Source of the DNA: a virus
Taxonomy: Duplodnaviria > Caudoviricetes
DNA: 32,655 nt
Virus record (IMG/VR): IMGVR_UViG_3300020042_001030
Coordinates: 1-32,655 of that record
Direction: 5' to 3' (one strand)
The notes beneath the pieces are model-generated. The model saw only the letters and a list, made by a program, of their open reading frames with translations, ran no database searches and was not told the origin of the DNA. Shown here one piece after another: positions 26,832 to 32,655 of the stretch. The translations under genes and the position numbers were made by a program. Position 1 is the stretch's first letter. Every line of letters starts with the position of its first letter.

Positions 26832-26860
26832 ACTCTACTATCAAATTCTACCTTAGTCAA
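26832..26860 (-). promoter_or_regulatory. Sigma70-type promoter driving the Gam-like / HTH / SSB / primase genes
   Basis: TTGACT (26860-26855), exactly 17 nt, TAGAGT (26837-26832), followed by a ~55-nt leader with a 7-bp hairpin (26798-26823). Confidence 0.6.
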
Positions 26861-28391
26861 GTAAATTCTTGTAAAGTTCAACTAACTTTACATGATTGTC
26901 AATACGGTTGTCAAGCATTTTGTATAGGTGTTTCTCCGCATTTGAACCCTGTAATCGCACAATCGTGACCGGATGGCGTTGCCCCGCCCTATGCGCTCTT
27001 GCATTGGCTTGGGCATAAATTTCTAGGCTTGGGGTCGGCCCCCACCAAACAACCGTATCAGCCGCCGTCAAGGTCACGCCATGAGCCGCCGCTTGTGGTT
27101 GGATTATCAAAATCCTTGGGTCACTGGTATCTTGGAAATTCCTAAATATTTCAGCGCGTTTGTGGGCAGGCACGTCACCATTGATGATCTCGGTTGAGAA
27201 CCCGTCTGCTTCTAGCTTTTGGCTGAGAATCCGGATCGTATTTTTAAATGGTACAAAGATCAATATCTTTTGTTGTGTCTCGTCGATCACTTCTCTCAAC
27301 ACCTTATAGCGGTTCTTGATGTCAAACTCCAAGGTCTCGCCAGTATCAGAGTACACCGCGCCACAAGATATTTGCAGGAGTTTGCTCAATCCGACTGCAG
27401 CGTTAACTGCCGTAATTTGCTCCCCCGCCGTTTGCACAACAAGTTGCTTGCGTAACAACTCATAGTATTTCTTCTGTTGGGGAGTCAGTTCAACTTCCCG
27501 TGAGACATACGTCATCTCAGGTAGGTCAAGGCATTCCTCTTTGGTGAACCGGATGGCGGGTTGTAGGGCTTCGTAAACTATCTTGTCCGCATGGGGGCGT
27601 GGCACCCACTTGAACTGTGTAATCTTGTACATAACCATGTCTTTAAACGCGCTGTAGAACTTAGGCACACCGCTAGGACTTACAAGTTTTGCTAGTCCGT
27701 AGGCGTCCACGGGGGACTGAGCCGCAGGTGTTCCAGTCAGCATCCAGAGCCATGTCTCAGGCTTTAGAATACGGTTTAACGTCTTCCAACGTGTTGTCTG
27801 CGCGTTCTTGTACGCATTGGCTTCGTCGATAACGATTAAATCAAACCCACCATTAGCCACCGCTTCTTGAACAATCTCCACCCCGTCATAGTTGATGATG
27901 ACAAACTCGGCGTCCGATGCGATCACTCGGTTGCGCTTCTCTTTAGAGCCATAGGCAATGTCCACGGTACGGTGCATGGCAAACCTAAACAAGTCAGCAC
28001 GCCAAGCAGAATCCATGATGGACAATGGGCAGATGACCAGTACACGGCGAATCCGACCAAGTTTCATCAGGTAATCAGCCGCCCAAATGACAGACCCCGT
28101 CTTGCCTGTGCCTTGCTCATTAAGGCAGAAAGCTCGCTGGTGCAGGGTCAAGAATGACGCAGTAGTCTTTTGATGGTCAAACGGCTTGTAGAGTCCGGGC
28201 CACCCGTACTGTCCCATGATTGGTGATGGGATGTTTTTTATTTGTAGGTTCTTCAACACCCGTGCTTCATCTAGTCCCCACTTCACCGCTACTTGATGTT
28301 CTCCAATTTGTCTGCTCTTTGGTATAACCGTTGTCACTTTATTGGGGTGACGTAGGTTCAATAGCAGTATCTTGTTCTCTACGATTTCCAT
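26853..28391 (-). CDS. SNF2-family (SF2) DNA helicase
   Basis: EQGTGKT (I), VLVICPLS (Ia), IVIDEAN (II), LTGTP (III), HGVTLT (V), QANARAHRAGQ (VI). ACAGGAG SD supports the ATG at 28391. Confidence 0.92.
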   Translation of the reverse strand: MEIVENKILLLNLRHPNKVTTVIPKSRQIGEHQVAVKWGLDEARVLKNLQIKNIPSPIMGQYGWPGLYKPFDHQKTTASFLTLHQRAFCLNEQGTGKTGSVIWAADYLMKLGRIRRVLVICPLSIMDSAWRADLFRFAMHRTVDIAYGSKEKRNRVIASDAEFVIINYDGVEIVQEAVANGGFDLIVIDEANAYKNAQTTRWKTLNRILKPETWLWMLTGTPAAQSPVDAYGLAKLVSPSGVPKFYSAFKDMVMYKITQFKWVPRPHADKIVYEALQPAIRFTKEECLDLPEMTYVSREVELTPQQKKYYELLRKQLVVQTAGEQITAVNAAVGLSKLLQISCGAVYSDTGETLEFDIKNRYKVLREVIDETQQKILIFVPFKNTIRILSQKLEADGFSTEIINGDVPAHKRAEIFRNFQDTSDPRILIIQPQAAAHGVTLTAADTVVWWGPTPSLEIYAQANARAHRAGQRHPVTIVRLQGSNAEKHLYKMLDNRIDNHVKLVELYKNLLD

Positions 28392-28414
28392 GATTCTCCT
28401 GTTTTTATAAAGCA

Positions 28415-28546
28415 CTGACAGAGCAAAAGTGGTCTCCCACTTCGCTCCATCAGATTGTCGGTTCCCTACCGGAAAGAGTAGTGCCGACTGGTAAGGTTAT
28501 TTCGGTTTCCCGCGATGCACGCCACTCATACCTTACGCTTGCATCA
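28415..28546 (-). ncRNA. Candidate multi-hairpin structured leader RNA upstream of the SNF2 helicase
   Basis: Stems GUAAGGU/ACCUUAC and GUCGG/CCGAC, a 17-bp GAGA-capped hairpin, and GAUGCA/UGCAUC crossing the first stem. Confidence 0.5.
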
Positions 28547-28559
28547 GACTATGAACCAA

Positions 28560-28883
28560 TCAGGCTCGTCGTTTTCTTTCTCGCTTGCTAGTCTCACCAA
28601 CTAGGTTGCTCTTTGAGTCTCTCTTGAATGACCGATTCTTTGCAGGTGTCTGCACAGAGAATCCGTCCTTGTTACTACCGCCGTTATCTAACGCTTTCTT
28701 GTGTGCTAGGTCTTTACCTTCACGGCTCTCGGCAGTTTTACCCTTATCTGTTGCGCTGTCCTTATGCTTCTTGTCGTATTCACGACGCAAGCGTTGACGC
28801 TCCATACGGCGTTCTAGTTCGCCACGGGCTTTTTGTTGCTCATACTCTTTCTTGTATGGGCGGGGTTTATTTACATACGGCAT
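28560..28883 (-). CDS. HNH-endonuclease-like protein
   Basis: RPYKKEY...GKDLAHKKALDNGGSN...KNRSF: H-N-N beta-beta-alpha-Me pattern. Highly basic. Confidence 0.7.
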   Translation of the reverse strand: MPYVNKPRPYKKEYEQQKARGELERRMERQRLRREYDKKHKDSATDKGKTAESREGKDLAHKKALDNGGSNKDGFSVQTPAKNRSFKRDSKSNLVGETSKRERKRRA

Positions 28884-29551
28884 CAGTTCCTCCCGTTATG
28901 GGCACACTCAAGCACTAAACAATGCTTCTTGCATAGTCCGCTAGGGCGGGGATTCCACACATTGTTGGCGTATGAAAGCTTCATACGGCTGTGCTCTGCG
29001 AACCATTTCGCCCACATCTTATCCTGATTTTCGATATCGTACGAGTCTTTAATAAAGTTTTTTGAGACCACGAAAAGTAGCCCACCTTTGACCCGTTTTA
29101 CTTGGGGGAAGTGTTTAAAAATAGCCAACGCCATCAACTCCAGTTGGTCAGTATCGGCATACTTGGCAGACTTACCCGTCTTGTAGTCTACGCACCGTGC
29201 TTCTTCTCCATTGATAACCAATAAGTCGGCAACGCCACGCCACCAAACATTTGGGTCTTTGAATCCACAAGGCTCTAAGTTCTCAGTCAGCCCGAACTCA
29301 TACTCACAGTACTTATCACCCGTTAACTGTCTTAAGTTATCGAGGGTTGGTTTGGCATAGTTAAACTGCGGAGGTAGTGGTACGTCATCACGTACGTAAT
29401 GTTCTGCTGCCGAATGAAATTGTTTGCCATAAGTTATTGCTTCAGTAGGCGGTTCGACTACATCCTTAACCACCTTCAAGTGGTAATACTTCTTCGGGCA
29501 TTGATCGTACGTCTTGATACTGGAGTAACTCCATGCGGGAATCTTAGTCAA
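28883..29551 (-). CDS. Cas4-like PD-(D/E)XK exonuclease
   Basis: WSYSSIKTYDQCP, GKQFHSAAE, RGVADLL...VDYKTGK, QLELMA, C-terminal C-x3-C-x4-C completing a four-Cys cluster. Confidence 0.88.
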   Translation of the reverse strand: MTKIPAWSYSSIKTYDQCPKKYYHLKVVKDVVEPPTEAITYGKQFHSAAEHYVRDDVPLPPQFNYAKPTLDNLRQLTGDKYCEYEFGLTENLEPCGFKDPNVWWRGVADLLVINGEEARCVDYKTGKSAKYADTDQLELMALAIFKHFPQVKRVKGGLLFVVSKNFIKDSYDIENQDKMWAKWFAEHSRMKLSYANNVWNPRPSGLCKKHCLVLECAHNGRN

Positions 29552-29984
29552 AATTTACCTCAGCCATTTCCTTAAGTTCTTTATACATGGGCAACAACGC
29601 ACACATCTCCCGGTGCACGGTGCGCTTATCATTCATATAGTTGTAGTCGTCTATTGTCTTCTCATCGCGGGTGTCACCAGCCGCTTTCGTTATTGCCAGT
29701 GCGTTCTTCTCACGGATGCGAGACAAAATACCCATCAATGGTGCGCCCATTTTTTGTACTCTGTGCACAGGATGACCCAGTTTTTCGGCAACGTCTTTCC
29801 ATATCATTCCTTGCATCCGCATCTTTAGTATCTGCGGTTGAAGTCGACGTTTCTCTTTGTCGTCATGTATCCACATCTCAGCAGTCGACGAGTCAGCATA
29901 TCGACGCCATGCGTCGTACCGTTCTTCGGGTGTATACCCATAGTTAGCTTGCTCTAGCACTATGTCAATAATGTCAGTCTTCAT
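29544..29984 (-). CDS. Hypothetical protein with possible HTH
   Basis: Overlaps both neighbours. LKMRMQGMIWKDVAEKLGHPVHRVQK resembles an HTH. Confidence 0.6.
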   Translation of the reverse strand: MKTDIIDIVLEQANYGYTPEERYDAWRRYADSSTAEMWIHDDKEKRRLQPQILKMRMQGMIWKDVAEKLGHPVHRVQKMGAPLMGILSRIREKNALAITKAAGDTRDEKTIDDYNYMNDKRTVHREMCALLPMYKELKEMAEVNFD

Positions 29985-31813
29985 TAACAGTCTCCATAAG
30001 ATTTACCATAGCCACTTTCACAGTTAACGGGTAAACCTTCAGCCCACTCAGGCGTCCACCGCATAGAGTCTTCGATGAACTTCTGCGCTTCTCCAACTTC
30101 CGCCTCGGGTACTAGACAGGCAATCGCATCATGTACTGTTAATACAACGTCATAACGCTTTGATATGTTAATCATCTGCTCTCCGATGATGCAACGGGCA
30201 ATCGCTTGGCATGTGTTCTCGATTACTTTACCGCCGTAGATTTTGTTCCAACCATAGCGTGTCTTGTATTGATACTGCACACCCTTATCATCACGGATAG
30301 GCACTAACTTCTCGTAGCGCATCAGCAACCCACTTGGTAGGCGAATGCCCTTCTCTGCGGGGTCAATGTAGAGCACGCCTTCACGTCCTAAAGATGCTGT
30401 ATAGCCTTTGCTGATTGCTTCCAGCGCTTGTTGCGCTTGACGCCACAACATAACTATGTGTGGGTACGTCTCTCTGTAAATTTGGATAATGTGGCGCGAT
30501 TCTCCCTCTGTAATCGCAGTACCAAAAGTTTTGAGTTGTGCTTGAAACTTAATCGCTCCCATTCCATACCCCGCGCCGAGAATCGTTGTCTTGCCAACAA
30601 ACCTCTCGTCTTTTGTAATTTCTGTTGCATCCTTGCCGTATATAGCCGATGCCATGAGTTTGTATACGTCCTCGCCATTTTTAAATGCCTCCACTAAATC
30701 GTTTTGCCCCGCCAACCAAGCAAGCACACGCGCTTCAATTTGACTTGAGTCAGCATCAATGATTGCGTAGCCTTCCGGTGCAACAATCGCCTTCTTCAAT
30801 TTACCCGCGTTGTCCCCACGTGAGGGTAAGTTCTGCAAGTTCAACGAGTCTGAACCACCCCACCTTCCAGTATGTGCGGCATAGTATTTCAACGGCACAG
30901 GCATAAGCCCACGCTTGGCAATACCAATGAATCGTTCTGTCCTAGTTTCTTCTAGTGTTGACTTCGTACCAAGGCGAGCCGCGACTAGAGCCTGCACTCT
31001 TACATCAGGGTGTTCCGCTAGTGCCTTGAACTCTTCGTCGTTCTTGGCAAGTGCATAAGTCTCTTTGTTAGTCGTCGGGCTAACTTTCATGGGAACCTTA
31101 ACGCCTATCTTTTCAAGTAGAGCCGCAAATTTCGGGTTACTCGCTAGGTCGGTCTTGTCAACATCTGCTTGCAACAACAGCATGTTCTTCTTATCCTGTA
31201 CGTCACGCAAGTGCATCTCGAGTAAGTTCAAGTCAAGATCGAGTTTGGGTTGTATAAACATCCGCAAAGTTAAGTCAATCAGCTTCATCTCTTTCTTCGG
31301 GAACCCATGAGTCACCATGACGTTAAACAACTTGTAGGTTAAGTTCACGTCGTTAATACAGTAGTCCCCGTATCTGCTAAGTTCTTCTTCAGTAAACTCT
31401 TCACGCTTTTTCCCGGAAGCAGCGATTACTTCATCACCCTTAACACCTATTTTGTATGCTTCAACAAGCGACCCGAGGCCCGCACTAGATTCGACACCAT
31501 GTAGTCCACGCGCCATACACATAGTGTCAGCATACGCCTTCGCATGAATACCAAACTTCTGCGACAAGATAAATCCATCAAACGCCGTGTTGTGTGCAAG
31601 CATCATGGAGTCAGCCCACGAGAATGAATCAAGGTAATCCTTAATCTGTTCGTGTGTACCACTCGCCCACTCAGTCTCCCCACCGTTTAACTTAACGCCT
31701 ACGCCAATGACTTCAAACTTGTCATCACGCACGTACTCTTCTGTTGTCATCTTCGACAAACTGAATGTCGACTTCTCGTAGTATGTTTCAAAATCCACCG
31801 TTATTATGTTCAT
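29984..31813 (-). CDS. polA: Phage DNA polymerase family A with 3'-5' exonuclease domain
   Basis: Exo motifs DFETY, AHNTAFD, YCINDV. HTGRWGG, NLQNLP, motif A DSSQIEARVLA, motif B RFVGKTTILGAGYG, motif C TVHD. ATG at 31813 preferred over TTG at 31825. Confidence 0.95.
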   Translation of the reverse strand: MNIITVDFETYYEKSTFSLSKMTTEEYVRDDKFEVIGVGVKLNGGETEWASGTHEQIKDYLDSFSWADSMMLAHNTAFDGFILSQKFGIHAKAYADTMCMARGLHGVESSAGLGSLVEAYKIGVKGDEVIAASGKKREEFTEEELSRYGDYCINDVNLTYKLFNVMVTHGFPKKEMKLIDLTLRMFIQPKLDLDLNLLEMHLRDVQDKKNMLLLQADVDKTDLASNPKFAALLEKIGVKVPMKVSPTTNKETYALAKNDEEFKALAEHPDVRVQALVAARLGTKSTLEETRTERFIGIAKRGLMPVPLKYYAAHTGRWGGSDSLNLQNLPSRGDNAGKLKKAIVAPEGYAIIDADSSQIEARVLAWLAGQNDLVEAFKNGEDVYKLMASAIYGKDATEITKDERFVGKTTILGAGYGMGAIKFQAQLKTFGTAITEGESRHIIQIYRETYPHIVMLWRQAQQALEAISKGYTASLGREGVLYIDPAEKGIRLPSGLLMRYEKLVPIRDDKGVQYQYKTRYGWNKIYGGKVIENTCQAIARCIIGEQMINISKRYDVVLTVHDAIACLVPEAEVGEAQKFIEDSMRWTPEWAEGLPVNCESGYGKSYGDC

Positions 31814-31815
31814 AG

Positions 31816-32043
31816 TTATTTCCAAAATCGTTTGAGGTTGTCGGTTGTAAAAGTCTTTTGATACTCAGTCTCTTGGGGTTGCGTTAATCGCTTCTTACTT
31901 GGCACAGCCCCCGCAAATACTTCTTCTCTTGTTTTGAAATTACAAAAACAAAGTTTGCAATACCTTCTGCGGTAAGTAAACTCTTCGTTCTGTATGGTTT
32001 CAACAATCGCTATGTTGTTACCCTCACACTTCGGGCACTTCAT
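31816..32043 (-). CDS. NrdR-N-terminal-like zinc-ribbon protein
   Basis: MKCPKC...VET...RRRYCKLC...FKTRE. No ATP-cone. ACAGGAG SD. Confidence 0.75.
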   Translation of the reverse strand: MKCPKCEGNNIAIVETIQNEEFTYRRRYCKLCFCNFKTREEVFAGAVPSKKRLTQPQETEYQKTFTTDNLKRFWK

Positions 32044-32197
32044 TTTTGTTCTCCTGTTGTTTAAAAATAGGGGACTGTTTTATTGCTTCATACTTTGCTT
32101 CTTCGTACCCAATATCAAAGGCATTCATAGCTAGAGTAAAAGCGTTCCCGTCTACGCCTGTTATTCGTAACAAGTTTGCTAAGTCTTCTTTTTTCAT
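32024..32197 (-). CDS. Small hypothetical protein (57 aa, missing from ORF track)
   Basis: Translated by hand: MKKEDLANLLRITGVDGNAFTLAMNAFDIGYEEAKYEAIKQSPIFKQQENKNEVPEV*. ATGA-coupled to the upstream ORF. Confidence 0.6.
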   Translation of the reverse strand: MKKEDLANLLRITGVDGNAFTLAMNAFDIGYEEAKYEAIKQSPIFKQQENKNEVPEV

Positions 32198-32295
32198 TCT
32201 TCGCTACTCAACATAAAAATTGATACGGCGACTATCACCACTACCACCCCACCAAGGCACATCAATAAGACTGCCCATGCGATTGTTTCAAGCAT
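32194..32295 (-). CDS. Small single-pass membrane protein (33 aa, missing from ORF track)
   Basis: MLETIAWAVLLMCLGGVVVVIVAVSIFMLSSEE*. AGGAG SD, overlaps both neighbours. Confidence 0.6.
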   Translation of the reverse strand: MLETIAWAVLLMCLGGVVVVIVAVSIFMLSSEE

Positions 32296-32503
32296 CTTTG
32301 TCTCCTATTTCCAAAAGTTTTTCTTCCAGTCTACGAATGCGTTGACGGTTGTACTCGACAACGCTCATTGCATACTCAAGCGACTTCTCCGCTTGCATCT
32401 TGCATATAGTTGCATCACGCATCTCTATATCAATAATTTCTTTCAGCGTGCGTGGTCGCAACATATCTTTAATGAAGGCCACTATGGTTTCTCGTTTAGT
32501 CAT
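32288..32503 (-). CDS. Small helical hypothetical phage protein
   Basis: AAGGAG SD, ATGA overlap. Coiled-coil LEYAMSVVEYNRQRIRRLE. Confidence 0.7.
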   Translation of the reverse strand: MTKRETIVAFIKDMLRPRTLKEIIDIEMRDATICKMQAEKSLEYAMSVVEYNRQRIRRLEEKLLEIGDKDA

Positions 32504-32655
32504 GTGTTTAGCTCCTTTAATCTTTTCTCCGTTGCTCTGACTACGTCAACCCAGTAGTAGAGGTCGGGCAGGTTGTGTTTTAGTTCGTTGATGTCTTGTT
32601 CAGACAAGCCAACCCAAGGTTTCTTGTAGTCTTGGATGTCATCGTCTTCTTCAGT
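32500..32655 (-). CDS. Small hypothetical phage protein (5'-truncated by window edge)
   Basis: Frame open from the window end: TEEDDDIQDYKKPWVGLSEQDINELKHNLPDLYYWVDVVRATEKRLKELNT*. Confidence 0.6.
   Translation of the reverse strand, partial: TEEDDDIQDYKKPWVGLSEQDINELKHNLPDLYYWVDVVRATEKRLKELNT

Larger units (their letters stand above)
1..32655. mobile_element. Tailed bacteriophage genome segment (podovirus-like; tail, lysis and ejection block convergent with replication block)
   Basis: Densely packed and often overlapping genes for tail fibres, holin, endolysin, ejection proteins, family A polymerase, SNF2 helicase and primase-helicase. No host housekeeping genes. Single strand switch at about 21920-22010. 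Confidence 0.97.

Noticed and set aside
27810-27840. DEAN instead of DEAH in SNF2 motif II as sign of inactivation
   Set aside because: The catalytic DE and all other helicase motifs are intact. The fourth position is variable.
28415-28550. Hammerhead or pistol ribozyme in the SNF2 leader (CUGAUG and AAGCG words present)
   Set aside because: CUGAUG is followed by C or G rather than A, and the remaining core elements could not be placed. Kept only as an unclassified structured RNA.
28883-29551. Cas4-like nuclease as sign of a CRISPR-Cas system
   Set aside because: No repeat-spacer array or other cas genes seen. Solo Cas4-like nucleases are normal in phage replication modules.
1-32655. tRNA genes or stop-codon reassignment
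   Set aside because: No cloverleaf recognised in the few intergenic gaps. Standard-code ORFs tile the window without interruption.

Overview
The whole window is part of a tailed dsDNA bacteriophage genome with podovirus-like organisation. A freshwater betaproteobacterial host is plausible but is only inferred from the small-gene families. There are two convergent blocks. The + strand (1-21919) carries late genes: a modular tail-fibre/appendage cluster (glycine-rich fibres with small partner genes, an S74 auto-chaperone fibre, a tail-collar-like protein), a four-gene lysis region (two membrane proteins, a 3TM holin, an M15 peptidase endolysin), a tail nozzle/stabilisation-type protein with nested repeat insertions, a GNAT-fold protein, and internal/ejection proteins ending in a 2161-aa polyvalent protein with an HExxH motif. 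The - strand (32655-22010) carries early/replication genes: small hypotheticals, an NrdR-like Zn ribbon, a family A DNA polymerase (Leu762 type), a Cas4-like nuclease, an HNH protein, a SNF2 helicase, a Gam-like protein, an HTH protein, an SSB-like protein and a primase-helicase. Terminase, portal and capsid genes are not in the window. The most interesting signals are absent from, or hidden in, the ORF track: (1) a candidate ~80-nt sRNA at the convergence point whose hairpin loop shows an anti-Shine-Dalgarno seed with 10-13 nt perfect complementarity to the ribosome-binding sites of four of the phage's own replication-block genes; (2) two structured intergenic RNA elements in front of the primase-helicase and the SNF2 helicase; (3) a candidate overprinted 62-aa gene inside the giant ejection protein. 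All family assignments come from motif recognition by eye; no searches were run.
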